Positions 1-9,215 are shown, counted from the first letter of the stretch. The stretch is 13,420 nt of DNA from Candidatus Heimdallarchaeota archaeon (GCA_030668825.1 DAOVET010000072.1:1-13420), one strand, 5' to 3'. The notes: generated from the letters alone by a model not told the origin. Translations and numbers: made by a program.

Positions 1-360
1 GACTGGAAATTGCTATATGACGAAAGCATGCCTCATTTCAAATACTATCTTCATATGATGTTTGGAAAACCTGATGAAAAAGGGGACCTTTACAAGGAAC
101 GCTCCCCAATTCATTTTGTAGAAAATCTAAAGACACCTCTACTAATTGTTCATGGGACTCATGATCCACGCTGTCCAATAACTCAAGCAAGAATCTATAA
201 AGACAAAATGTTGGAGCTAGGTTGGAAAGAAGGAATTGAAGGAGAAAAAACCTTTGAGTATGTAGAACATACAGATATTGGTCACGGCGGTTTCACCGAT
301 CAAGAATTCCGTATTCGTTCATTCAAAACAATTTTGGATTTCTTTAAAAGAAGATTATAA
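1..360 (+). CDS. S9 family serine peptidase (prolyl oligopeptidase/acylaminoacyl-peptidase-like), C-terminal part, 5'-truncated by the window
   Basis: Frame is open from base 1 (DWKLLYDES...). Motifs RSPIHFVENLKTPLLIVHGTHDPRC (catalytic Asp) and DIGHG (catalytic His) are typical of the S9 C-terminus. Confidence 0.9.
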   Translation, partial: DWKLLYDESMPHFKYYLHMMFGKPDEKGDLYKERSPIHFVENLKTPLLIVHGTHDPRCPITQARIYKDKMLELGWKEGIEGEKTFEYVEHTDIGHGGFTDQEFRIRSFKTILDFFKRRL

Positions 361-385
361 TTTGGGGGAATCCCCTTCAATTATA
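356..385. terminator. Imperfect inverted repeat between convergent genes, candidate bidirectional terminator
   Basis: TATAATTTGGGGG-AAT-CCCCTTCAATTATA: GGGG/CCCC core with TATAATT/AATTATA outer arms, followed by TTTTT on the + strand. It spans the 28-bp gap between two stop codons. Confidence 0.5.
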
Positions 386-388
386 TTT

Positions 389-2206
389 TTAATCTGTTTG
401 AGTAGTAAGGGAATCTGTTCTTGTTTTAACAATCTTTTCTTCCCATAATTTTTTCATTTCTGCACTTGTTTCTAATAAGTCATCTAATTTACCTTGAGCT
501 TCTATTCTCCCCTCCTTAAGTACAATAACATTATCAGCTCTTCGAAGTGCGATGGGGCGGTGCGAGACTGCTAAACAAGTTGATACTCCACTTCTGTCAA
601 AAACTCTTCTCCAGAGTTTTTGTTCTGTTTCAACATCAAGGGCACTTGATAGATCATCAAAAATATAAATTTCTGAATCTCTTGCAAACATTCTTGCTGC
701 TGCTAATCGTTGTCTTTGCCCCCCTGATAGTTTGACACCCTTTGGACCAATTAGTGTATCCAAGCCTTTCTCGAAATCTAAAACTTCCTTTTCAATTACT
801 GCCAGTTTCAAAGAATCTTCAATATCGACAGATTCTTCAGGTAATCCCATTAGTATATTATCTTTAACTGTCTCACTAAAGAGACGTGGAACTTGTGATG
901 TAAAAGCTGTTATTGGTGGCACAAAGAATTCATCTGGTTTTTCGACCTCCTCCCCATTCCACAGTAGTACTCCTTCATCCTTTGGTAGTAAACCAATTAA
1001 AGTTCGTAGTAGAGTAGTTTTCCCCGAACCTATTCTACCTGTGATTACTGTAAACGATCCTTTAGCTATTGAAAGACTAACATCCTTGATACCTTTGTCT
1101 GAATCTGGATAGGTATAAGATAGATTCTTTACCTCAAAATTCATCAATTTATTTTCTTCTGCGATATTCAACGCTTGTATTTTTGGATATGTTTCTTTGA
1201 TATAGATAGGACCATGCCTAACCAAATTGAATTCTGTTATTTCAGGATCTTCACTTTTTATTAGCTTAAACATCCTTTCAAGTGAAACTTTAGTACGGAC
1301 GTATCTGGGGACCATATCTCCCATGTCCCAGATAAATTCTCCTAGTTCACCTAACAATACTACAAAAAATGCTAAATCACCTACTGAAAACAAATCACTT
1401 TGCATATTGTTTCCAACAAGAAACAGTATGGTACCTATTGCTAGATAGACTGTAACATAGTAAATGGCGTGAATCAAACGATGGAAAAGTTCATCTTTTA
1501 CTTCAGCTATTCGTCTCTTTCGATTAATCTCACCAAAATAATCTAGTACATGATCTTCAGCTGTTGCAACTTTAATTGATTGAACCGATCTGAAGATTTC
1601 TCCGATTGTTCGTGTTACTGCGCCTGCAGCTCTTCGACGATCTTTTCTTAACCTTGTAAAAATTGGTCTTGTGAAGAAAACTAATATCATCATAAACAGA
1701 AATGGAATACTTACAAATGCTGTTACCTTCCAGTTAATATCCCCCATAAGATAGAAGGATATTCCTGTAAAGATACCTAAGCTAAAGAAGGAAGTAAGGT
1801 GATAAACAAACCACATAACCTCTTCTATATCTCCTCTGAATCTGGAAACAGCTTCTCCTGGTGAATCAGGTAGTGCAACAGCCCCTGGTTTCTTGAAAAT
1901 TCCAAGTAACATATTTCTCCTAATTAATACTCTACTAGCTAGAATAAAGACCCACATTGTGAAAATGAAAACAAAATCTCCAACAAGTCGCATAGTTAGG
2001 GTTAGAGGAAGAACTAGAAGTACTAAAACCCAGATATTGACACTTATATTCCAGCCTGCTACCCCCTCTAGTTTGTTGAAAATCTCTCGAGCAATTATAG
2101 CAGCTGCTAAGGGTTGAAGGAAGAACAATATATCCGAGAGAAAACCTGCGAAAACCAATCCTGGTTTATAACGCAACATTCTCCAAGATAACCTTAATAC
2201 TTTCAT
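389..2206 (-). CDS. ABC exporter half-transporter (TMD+NBD), heterodimer subunit with degenerate Walker B
   Basis: N-terminal hydrophobic TMD. Walker [10 protein letters not shown]-loop SQVP, signature LSGGQ, Walker B IYIFDD, D-loop SALD, switch SHR. SD GAGGAG at 2215-2220 and a 4-bp ATGA overlap with the upstream gene. Confidence 0.95.
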   Translation of the reverse strand: MKVLRLSWRMLRYKPGLVFAGFLSDILFFLQPLAAAIIAREIFNKLEGVAGWNISVNIWVLVLLVLPLTLTMRLVGDFVFIFTMWVFILASRVLIRRNMLLGIFKKPGAVALPDSPGEAVSRFRGDIEEVMWFVYHLTSFFSLGIFTGISFYLMGDINWKVTAFVSIPFLFMMILVFFTRPIFTRLRKDRRRAAGAVTRTIGEIFRSVQSIKVATAEDHVLDYFGEINRKRRIAEVKDELFHRLIHAIYYVTVYLAIGTILFLVGNNMQSDLFSVGDLAFFVVLLGELGEFIWDMGDMVPRYVRTKVSLERMFKLIKSEDPEITEFNLVRHGPIYIKETYPKIQALNIAEENKLMNFEVKNLSYTYPDSDKGIKDVSLSIAKGSFTVITGRIGSGKTTLLRTLIGLLPKDEGVLLWNGEEVEKPDEFFVPPITAFTSQVPRLFSETVKDNILMGLPEESVDIEDSLKLAVIEKEVLDFEKGLDTLIGPKGVKLSGGQRQRLAAARMFARDSEIYIFDDLSSALDVETEQKLWRRVFDRSGVSTCLAVSHRPIALRRADNVIVLKEGRIEAQGKLDDLLETSAEMKKLWEEKIVKTRTDSLTTQTD

Positions 2207-4020
2207 TTCAACAACTCCTCAATTTCTCCAGTTTGTAGCAACTGATAGAATTTTGATTTCGTATCATTTGCTAGATCCTCTCTTTTTCCGTATTCGATTA
2301 TTTTTCCTTTATCGATAAGCAGAACATCATCAACTTTTTCCAGAGTTGCTAGCCGATGGGCGATTATTATGCCTGTTCTATTAATAAGCAATTTTTCAAT
2401 TGCTTGGTCAAGCAAATGCTCTGTAGCAGGATCTAATCTTGATGAAGCTTCATCTAAAACAACTAAATTTGGGCTCTTAATGAATACTCTAGCTAAAGCT
2501 AACAGTTGAGCTTCACCTGCAGAAATTCCCTGCTCACTAGATGAAATAATTGTGTCTAAACCTTCTGGGAGCTTCTCCAACCAATTTCCTAGACCAATAT
2601 CAAGCAGAATCGATTCGATGCGAATATCAGGTATTCTATTATCAAATAATGTTACATTTTCTCTAACCGAAGCTTGGAACAACTCCACATTTTGTGTTAC
2701 ATATGAGACCTTATCTCTTAAGTCCAGAAGTGATAAATTTGTAATTTTTGTATCATTTAATTTAATATTTCCATCATTTTGTTTGGTATCATATAATCTA
2801 AAAATAAGTCTAGAAATTGTTGTTTTGCCACTACCTGTGTGTCCAACAATCCCCAATGTTTGTCCAGGTTCAAGTTTGAAAGAGATATTACTAAGAACGT
2901 AATCATCTTCATTATAGGCAAAACTTAGATTATTAAATTCAATAGCTAAGGGACCAGAAGATAATTTTTCTTTACCAATATCCTGAATTTTTGTTTCCAT
3001 CTCTAACAATTTGTTGATTCTGTCAATTGATGCTCCTGCTCTTTGAAGATCTTGCATCTGTCTTGTAAGAACAAATATGGGTCGAAGCAATATTCCCGCG
3101 AATATTTGAATTAAGAATACTGTACCTAAAGATATCACACCAGTTCTAACCAAAGGAATACTAGGTGCGAAAATCAGTGTGTTGATGATAGCAATAACTA
3201 CCCATATAGCCATTACAAAGATTTGACCTCGAAATAAAGCTCTGCGAAAAGCTTTGAAATCCTTTCTAGATGCATCATGAAACTTGCGCATAACATTTTT
3301 CACACCTGCATTAGCACGAATGTCTTCTATTGCACTCAAGCTTTCTTCTATGGTTCCATACATGTCTGCGCTTGTTTGTCTTTGATTTTCCCAGGCTTTA
3401 ACTGAAAAGTTTCTAAGAACGTACATTACAATTATTGCCAAAATTGTGAAGGCAGTAAATGAAATTCCTATTATCCAATGTTTAGTGTATAATACTGCAA
3501 GAGATCCAATGATTACGAGTAGGGATGTAACTAACTGAACTGAGAATTGTGACAAGAAAGTAGCTAAGGTGTTTACGTCACCGTCAATTCTTTCAATCAT
3601 CTCTCCTGGTTTATGTTCATTATGAAATGTCATATCTAAATTTACACAATGTTTGGTTAAATCGAATCTAAGCATGTTTGTTGATGACCATGAAAGATTT
3701 TGACTCAGATAAACTGATCCTAAAGTAATCAGCTGTTGTATAACCATCAGAACGATATATGCACCTGCTAACAAGATTAGAGCCCGATTAATTGTATTTA
3801 GACTTACAAGAGGAATCTGTTTTCCTACCCAAAACACATTTATGTCTTGAATAGGAAAACCTCTGGTCGCTAAATCGATGAAACTTTCAATGATTAAGGG
3901 AGAGAAAATTAGTAGAACTGTTCCACTACTTAATAGGAAAGCTAACAATAACACTCTTCTCTTGAAAGGTGCTAGGTACTTCTTTTGTACCTCCCAATAT
4001 TTTTGTAGTGGAATTTTCAT
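2203..4020 (-). CDS. ABC exporter half-transporter (TMD+NBD), heterodimer subunit with degenerate signature
   Basis: TMD, Walker [13 protein letters not shown], signature ISAGEAQ, Walker B LVVLDEA, switch IAHR. Confidence 0.95.
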   Translation of the reverse strand: MKIPLQKYWEVQKKYLAPFKRRVLLLAFLLSSGTVLLIFSPLIIESFIDLATRGFPIQDINVFWVGKQIPLVSLNTINRALILLAGAYIVLMVIQQLITLGSVYLSQNLSWSSTNMLRFDLTKHCVNLDMTFHNEHKPGEMIERIDGDVNTLATFLSQFSVQLVTSLLVIIGSLAVLYTKHWIIGISFTAFTILAIIVMYVLRNFSVKAWENQRQTSADMYGTIEESLSAIEDIRANAGVKNVMRKFHDASRKDFKAFRRALFRGQIFVMAIWVVIAIINTLIFAPSIPLVRTGVISLGTVFLIQIFAGILLRPIFVLTRQMQDLQRAGASIDRINKLLEMETKIQDIGKEKLSSGPLAIEFNNLSFAYNEDDYVLSNISFKLEPGQTLGIVGHTGSGKTTISRLIFRLYDTKQNDGNIKLNDTKITNLSLLDLRDKVSYVTQNVELFQASVRENVTLFDNRIPDIRIESILLDIGLGNWLEKLPEGLDTIISSSEQGISAGEAQLLALARVFIKSPNLVVLDEASSRLDPATEHLLDQAIEKLLINRTGIIIAHRLATLEKVDDVLLIDKGKIIEYGKREDLANDTKSKFYQLLQTGEIEELLK

Positions 4021-4045
4021 AGTCTTGGTTATTCGACAGAAGGGA

Positions 4046-4062
4046 CTTATAAATTTAATTTT
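4046..4062 (-). promoter_or_regulatory. Archaeal BRE-TATA promoter of the ABC operon
   Basis: Minus strand AAAATTAAA-TTTATAAG, with the TATA 26-33 bp upstream of the ATG at 4020. No SD, implying a leaderless or short-leader mRNA. Confidence 0.65.
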
Positions 4063-4089
4063 AACCGATTGAAATAAAAAATAGGGAAC

Positions 4090-4842
4090 TCATGAAGTTT
4101 CAAGAGTTCTGTTTTCTGGTAATCGGGGTCTTAAAACAAGATAAAGTAAACCACCAAACAATGGAATGCAGAAGAGTACGAATAATTTAATATTATTCCA
4201 TTCCCTTCTTTTCATATCACTCCAAATGACTATAGGGTAGAACAAAGTTAGCAGAGAAAAATCTATTGTCATCACCTGTATAAAACGAATATTCATAAAA
4301 CTTGATCCATACACACCCCACTTTCCATTGATGCTAGCTGTAATTATACCAAACAATACAAGGGCTAAAGCTAAAGCGGCTAATATAGTACCTAAGATAC
4401 GTGAATCAACTATTTTTGTGAACCATGTTTTTTTGGTCTTTGGGTTTTTTCTCCTAACTCCCCTTATTGCAAAATATGGCATCAATACATACATTCCAAG
4501 AGCAAATGATCCCAATACAAAAGGCCATGCGGGCATGAATCTTTCTCTGACTTCAATAAAGAGTATTACAGAATAGAGTAAAGCCCAAACACCAACTATC
4601 ATGAAAATACTCCATTCAACAGGATTGGTTTTCGCATACTCAATCGTGAAATCCCCAAAACCTGGATCACTTGGTTGTGCAGCTGGGGCCCATATAAATG
4701 TAAATATTAGGAAAAACAACCACACTACGAGAAATAATAAATTTGGACTCAAGAATTCTTTCCATGGGACTCTAAATTCTTTGATAGAAGATAATAAGTT
4801 TCTTTGTTTTTGTTCTTTTAATTCTGTTTCTGAATTTTCCAT
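4090..4842 (-). CDS. Conserved multi-pass membrane protein (resembles cyanobacterial/plastid DUF2834-annotated proteins)
   Basis: About 6 TM segments. Motifs PAWPFVLGSFALG..LMPY.A.R, K..DSR..G, RFIQVMTIDF, DMKRR and IPLFGGLLYLVLRP.LPE match my recollection of that family. SD AAGGAG at 4850-4855, 26-bp gap after upp, so probably co-transcribed. Confidence 0.7.
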   Translation of the reverse strand: MENSETELKEQKQRNLLSSIKEFRVPWKEFLSPNLLFLVVWLFFLIFTFIWAPAAQPSDPGFGDFTIEYAKTNPVEWSIFMIVGVWALLYSVILFIEVRERFMPAWPFVLGSFALGMYVLMPYFAIRGVRRKNPKTKKTWFTKIVDSRILGTILAALALALVLFGIITASINGKWGVYGSSFMNIRFIQVMTIDFSLLTLFYPIVIWSDMKRREWNNIKLFVLFCIPLFGGLLYLVLRPRLPENRTLETS

Positions 4843-4868
4843 TTTAGTTCTCCTTCTGAGATGTATTT

Positions 4869-5507
4869 TTATGTGTTGAATGCTCTGTTCCCTGCGTCTC
4901 CTAAACCAGGAACAATGTATCCCTTTTCATTGAGTTCCTTATCGATTGCACCAACTATGATGATTACTTCTGGAAACTCTTCCTGAATTCTTTCTATACC
5001 AAATTGAGATGCAATCGCACAAAGCACGATTATTTTGAGAGGTTTTTTGTTTTTAATTTCTTGGAGTGTAAATATCATTGTAGATCCACTTGCAATCATT
5101 GGATCAACAACTATGACATTTTTATCTTCAAGAATTGGAATGCTGGAATACATAGAATCAATTCGAAAATCCTTTCCATCGTCCTGAAGTTGTTTTCCTC
5201 TTGCTGCTGAAATTATTCCAACCTTAGCTCTGTGTAGTACTTCTAAAACTCCCTCTGACATAGGTACTGCAGCTCTTAAGATTGTAATTATGACAATGTT
5301 ATTCTTGATTTCGTTGAAGTAAGCTGTTCCTAAAGGTGTTTCAGTTGATAATTCTTCTGTCTCTAAAAATTCTGAAGCTTCATAAGCTAAATAACTACCA
5401 ATTCGCTTAAGATTTATTCTGAAATCTTCTGGTGTTGTATCTTTATTCCTTATTTTTCCAACAGTTTCTGAAATAAGAATATTAGTTTTACTACCATTTA
5501 TTAGCAT
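4869..5507 (-). CDS. upp: Uracil phosphoribosyltransferase (archaeal, Sulfolobus-like type)
   Basis: ILRAAVP, PRPP-binding VIVVDPMIASGST, and C-terminal uracil-binding AIDKELNEKGYIVPGLGDAG. Confidence 0.95.
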   Translation of the reverse strand: MLINGSKTNILISETVGKIRNKDTTPEDFRINLKRIGSYLAYEASEFLETEELSTETPLGTAYFNEIKNNIVIITILRAAVPMSEGVLEVLHRAKVGIISAARGKQLQDDGKDFRIDSMYSSIPILEDKNVIVVDPMIASGSTMIFTLQEIKNKKPLKIIVLCAIASQFGIERIQEEFPEVIIIVGAIDKELNEKGYIVPGLGDAGNRAFNT

Positions 5508-5534
5508 TCAATCAATAGTGTAAACTTGCTAGAT

Positions 5535-5548
5535 TAAATATATTTTTC
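5535..5548 (-). promoter_or_regulatory. BRE-TATA promoter of upp
   Basis: Minus strand GAAAAA-TATATTTA about 28-36 bp upstream of the ATG at 5507. Confidence 0.5.
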
Positions 5549-5572
5549 AAAAACAAAAGATGACTTAAGAGG

Positions 5573-5588
5573 ATAAAAGTAATATACT
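5573..5588 (+). promoter_or_regulatory. Probable BRE-TATA promoter of the esterase gene
   Basis: ATAAAAG-TAATATAC about 23-30 bp upstream of the GTG at 5610. Confidence 0.4.
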
Positions 5589-5609
5589 TAATTTGGCTTA
5601 CCTACCTTT

Positions 5610-6335
5610 GTGACATCTCATTCCAAAATTGGTTTCTTATTAATACATGGAGTAGGCAGTAATTGTGCTGTAATGAACCCATTAGAGGATTTCCTTACAA
5701 ATAAAGGCTTTAAGGTTTTCAACATCACTCTTCCGGGTCATAATACTTCCTCAAAGGATTTACTAAAGATTGGCTGGCAAGATTGGGTAGATTATTGTCA
5801 AGGAAAACTAGAAATTCTTATGGAAGATTGTCCAACAACTTTTATTGCTGGAACTTCCTTAGGTGGTGTCCTTGCACTCTATTTAGCCGCAACAAATCCC
5901 GAGTTGAGTGGAGTAATAACTTGTGCAACAGCTGTAAAACCTTATAATTTCCTATCATGGTTTATTACAAATTTTAGGGTCATACAATATTTTGTTCGCT
6001 GGATAAGAGTAGAAAAAATAAGTTCTAAATTAGTTGGTAATCCACAAAATTGGGAGGTTTATAAGAAAATACCTATGAAGAGTCTTGTAGAAATAGCAAA
6101 ATTGCTAGATAAGCTTAATCCGATTCTGGAAAACATTAGTCAACCCATATTAATTGTTCATAGTGAGAATGATAAAGCTGTATCAATAAAAGGCATAGAA
6201 CAAATTATTTCTTCAATCAGTTCGAGGGATCAAAGCATTGCTAGAATAGGCAAAGGTGGTCATGTAATTCTGTTAGATGAAGGTTGTACCCAAGCTCTTA
6301 CAGAGATAGAAAACTGGATAGATGTGAGAATATAG
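5610..6335 (+). CDS. Alpha/beta-hydrolase carboxylesterase/monoacylglycerol lipase-like
   Basis: Oxyanion motif LLIHG, TLPGH, nucleophile elbow GTSLGG, acid HSEND and catalytic His in GGHV. GTG start. Confidence 0.9.
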   Translation: MTSHSKIGFLLIHGVGSNCAVMNPLEDFLTNKGFKVFNITLPGHNTSSKDLLKIGWQDWVDYCQGKLEILMEDCPTTFIAGTSLGGVLALYLAATNPELSGVITCATAVKPYNFLSWFITNFRVIQYFVRWIRVEKISSKLVGNPQNWEVYKKIPMKSLVEIAKLLDKLNPILENISQPILIVHSENDKAVSIKGIEQIISSISSRDQSIARIGKGGHVILLDEGCTQALTEIENWIDVRI

Positions 6336-6363
6336 AAAACTGATTTTAATTTATTTGATTAAC

Positions 6364-6408
6364 TATATAAGTGTGAAATGGCGGTATTTTACATATTAAG
6401 ATATGTAA
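6364..6408 (+). promoter_or_regulatory. TATA box plus palindromic operator of the GNAT gene
   Basis: TATATAAG at 6364-6371. Perfect inverted repeat TTACATAT-TAAG-ATATGTAA at 6389-6408. Confidence 0.6.
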
Positions 6409-6424
6409 CGTAGGATTGAGTATT

Positions 6425-7498
6425 ATGACTGAGAAATTTGATATTAATCAAATCAAAGTAGAACAAGCTAACTTGTTGAATTATACAAAAGAAGATTGGA
6501 ATCTATATCATGAGTATAGAAAAATTAGACATTCTGAAGCAAATCTTGATGATCCTTTTGTTGATGATGAACCCACAGAAAAATCTTTGAAGATGCAAGT
6601 AAATCATCCTGAATTTGATTTCCAATTCTCTGCTATTATCGATAGTTCGACAAACAAATTTGTAGGTAGAGTTGTTTATGGAGGATTCCGTGAAACATCA
6701 GCATCTTACGCGGGTAATAAGCATTTACTACAATTTGATTTAGTTCTTCTGAAAAAATATCGGAACAAAGGAATTGAAACAATAGTACTGAAACAAATAT
6801 GTGAATATGGAAAGAAGAAAAACCATTCTATTCTAGTTTCAGGTTCAGATGAAAAAGATGGAAAAGCTTTTCTAAAGGAAATTGGTGCTCAAACAGCTCT
6901 ATCTGGTGTTGAGAATCGTCTTAAGTTGGAAGAAGTAGAATGGAATATGGTTGAAACATGGGCCGCGGAAGGTCCTAAGCGTTCTCCAGATACAGAACTT
7001 AAGCTAGTCTATTCCATCCCTGATGATATTCTTGAGAAGTATTGTAAAGTATATACTGAAACACTTAATCAACAGCCTCTTGGAGATCTCGATGTGAACG
7101 ATATTGTTTTCACTCCTGAACTTTTCAGAGATACAGAAAAACGAAGAGCAGCACTTGGAAGAAAACATATAACTTTCTACACCTTAGAACCTAATGGAGA
7201 CATATCTGGGTTAACAGAGTTGGAATACCGACCTGAAAGAGAGACTATGGTTGAACAACTTCTCACTGGTGTACAAGAACAATACCGTGGTCGTGGTCTT
7301 GGAAAATGGTTGAAAGCTGAGATGTTGCTAAAGATAAAGGAAGAATTTCCAAAAGCAAAGATTGTTTCAACAGGAAATGCAACAACTAATGCTCCAATGC
7401 TTTCTATTAATGATCGACTTGGATTCAAACCTCATAAAGAGGGAATAACTGCTCAATTGACACTAGAAAGTCTAGAAAAATACTTGGAAACTAAATAA
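6425..7498 (+). CDS. Tandem (two-domain) GNAT N-acetyltransferase
   Basis: C-terminal GNAT: LTGVQEQYRGRGLGKWLK and TGNATTNAPMLSINDRLGF. N-terminal GNAT: YRNKGIET...GKAFLKEIG. Start placed at ATG 6425; in-frame TTG 6416 is the alternative. Confidence 0.9.
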   Translation: MTEKFDINQIKVEQANLLNYTKEDWNLYHEYRKIRHSEANLDDPFVDDEPTEKSLKMQVNHPEFDFQFSAIIDSSTNKFVGRVVYGGFRETSASYAGNKHLLQFDLVLLKKYRNKGIETIVLKQICEYGKKKNHSILVSGSDEKDGKAFLKEIGAQTALSGVENRLKLEEVEWNMVETWAAEGPKRSPDTELKLVYSIPDDILEKYCKVYTETLNQQPLGDLDVNDIVFTPELFRDTEKRRAALGRKHITFYTLEPNGDISGLTELEYRPERETMVEQLLTGVQEQYRGRGLGKWLKAEMLLKIKEEFPKAKIVSTGNATTNAPMLSINDRLGFKPHKEGITAQLTLESLEKYLETK

Positions 7499-7503
7499 CC
7501 TAC

Positions 7504-8115
7504 TTATTTTTCTCTTTTTTGTTTTTTCTTAATTTTTGGAAAATATGCTCCTGTGGTTTTTTGATATTCTTTGTATGAATCTCCAAACCTTTTAACTAAA
7601 TCCATTTCCTCAAAATACAACATGATTGGCATATAGATTATAATAGATATTGTCATCAAAATAACAAGGAACCATGAGTTGAGAGCTAAACCAAGAGCTG
7701 GAAACATAAGCATTCCTCCAGCAGTTTGAGGATGTCTGATGGAATTGTAGATTCCTCCATACATTTCAGTTTCTTCTGATGGAGTAAGAGTTTCTTTTCC
7801 TGCATCTTTCACTCCTTTGTAAATCAAGACTGCCCCTGGTATTGTTGTGATCAAGCTTAAAACAAAACCTAACCACCATTGATTGGAGAATATTCTCCAA
7901 TCAAGCTTAGGAACTGGAAACCATATCCAAAGAACAGGTGCAACAAAAGCAATTAGCTCAAAAAATGAAGCCGTTAGTCTTAGATTTCTACAAAACTTCC
8001 AAGCTTTTTCTCCCATCCTTTCACTCAATGTAACTGGTAGGAGACTAAAGAAATACAACACAGAGAATAAAATAAGCGAAAGTATTATTATTGCAAGATT
8101 TATCCACTCATACAT
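7504..8115 (-). CDS. Isoprenylcysteine carboxylmethyltransferase/PEMT-family integral membrane methyltransferase
   Basis: About 5 TM segments. GGIYNSIRHPQ and EE..L..RFGDSYKEYQKTTGAYFP SAM-binding C-terminal motifs. Substrate unknown. Confidence 0.88.
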   Translation of the reverse strand: MYEWINLAIIILSLILFSVLYFFSLLPVTLSERMGEKAWKFCRNLRLTASFFELIAFVAPVLWIWFPVPKLDWRIFSNQWWLGFVLSLITTIPGAVLIYKGVKDAGKETLTPSEETEMYGGIYNSIRHPQTAGGMLMFPALGLALNSWFLVILMTISIIIYMPIMLYFEEMDLVKRFGDSYKEYQKTTGAYFPKIKKKQKREK

Positions 8116-8137
8116 ATTAAGAATGGAACTTTCTTAT

Positions 8138-8152
8138 CTGATAAATTTTTTC
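8138..8152 (-). promoter_or_regulatory. BRE-TATA promoter of the ICMT-family gene
   Basis: Minus strand GAAAAAA-TTTATCAG, 23-30 bp upstream of the ATG at 8115. Confidence 0.55.
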
Positions 8153-8176
8153 TGTATAAGACTAGAAACAATACAG

Positions 8177-9178
8177 TTACTCCTTTAACTTGACTTTACC
8201 AAATTTAGAAATCCAATCATTTTTATCATACATTTCTAACAAGAAAACATTGTCTAAATGTTCTTTAAGGAAATACACTTCCTTACCAAGTTTCTCAGCA
8301 AATTTGACTTCTATATGCACTCCTCTCCCAACAAAGTGTCCATCATCATGTTCTATTGCAGAAAAGATAACTATGTCACTTTTGCTCAAAAGATCAAGAC
8401 ATTTCTTCATTATTTCCTTTCCAGAAGAATCTTTCCATTTTTTCTCATATTTGGCAGGATTAATTATATCCGCTTCTGGAAATACTTTTTTTATTAGCTT
8501 AAGTTCTCTCTTCTCTTGTCTTTTCCCATAGATATTCATGGAATGAGCATAATATATCTGTGGAATGATTCTGTATTGTTTCCGTTTATACAATTCTAGA
8601 AGTATGCACGCCGTATAAAACGCATCATAATTTGCTCTATGTTCTTCAAACTCCCTAATCTTCTCTTCAAGTTCTTTGTTAATAATGATGCTTTCTGTAT
8701 TCTTACTAAGAAGTTTTCTCCTCGAATGAGCCAATTTGTAAATTCTATTTTTATATTTCTTACCAGGAGGTCTAAGGTACTCTGATGCAGATAACATTAC
8801 ACATGGAGCTGTTTTTGTTTTACTGCTTTCTTCGTTGATATTCCATGGTTCATGTTGAAGAAACTTATCAAAATCAAATGCATTATTATACGCTGCAATA
8901 AATTTACCAGCAAGAATCTGACGCACTTCTTCAATTACTGTCGTTAAATCTTTCTCAGCATTTTGTATTTTATCAACTGATAGAACACCTTTTCTGAATA
9001 TCCAGGAGTTGCGTAAGTTATCATCCCATGTGCTTATGTCGTAATGAATTATTGAGTGGTATACTTGGGCTATTTTTTGTTTTAACACATTCGCTCGCAT
9101 TATAGCAATTTCAACAACAAGATCTTTAGGCAATCCATCAAGACCTGTGGTCTCAATATCCAACACATAGATATCCAT
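8177..9178 (-). CDS. DEDDh (DnaQ-like) 3'-5' exonuclease fused to a C-terminal nucleoside 2-deoxyribosyltransferase-like domain
   Basis: ExoI VLDIETTGL (D7,E9), ExoII AYNNAFD (D102), ExoIII HRANYDA (H180,D185). Residues ~206-305 show IYYAHS..IINP..SDIVIF..GRGVHIEVKFAEKLGKEVY, matching the NDT/Rcl flavodoxin-like pattern. The exonuclease call is firm; the second domain is less certain. Confidence 0.82.
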   Translation of the reverse strand: MDIYVLDIETTGLDGLPKDLVVEIAIMRANVLKQKIAQVYHSIIHYDISTWDDNLRNSWIFRKGVLSVDKIQNAEKDLTTVIEEVRQILAGKFIAAYNNAFDFDKFLQHEPWNINEESSKTKTAPCVMLSASEYLRPPGKKYKNRIYKLAHSRRKLLSKNTESIIINKELEEKIREFEEHRANYDAFYTACILLELYKRKQYRIIPQIYYAHSMNIYGKRQEKRELKLIKKVFPEADIINPAKYEKKWKDSSGKEIMKKCLDLLSKSDIVIFSAIEHDDGHFVGRGVHIEVKFAEKLGKEVYFLKEHLDNVFLLEMYDKNDWISKFGKVKLKE

Positions 9179-9200
9179 TAAAATACAACATCAGCTATTC

Positions 9201-9215
9201 CTTTAAGTTTTTACC
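9201..9215 (-). promoter_or_regulatory. BRE-TATA promoter of the exonuclease fusion gene
   Basis: Minus strand GGTAAAAA-CTTAAAG, 23-29 bp upstream of the ATG at 9178. Confidence 0.5.

Noticed and set aside
389-4020. Both ABC subunits are exactly 605 aa
   Set aside because: The sequences are highly divergent and the length is typical of half-transporters, so this is coincidence rather than recent duplication.
547-5210. Plus-strand ORFs 547-735, 732-1112, 1227-1448, 1893-2117, 2552-2902, 3878-4072, 4328-4576, 4601-4879 and 5004-5210
   Set aside because: Antisense shadows of well-supported minus-strand genes, with no recognisable motifs.
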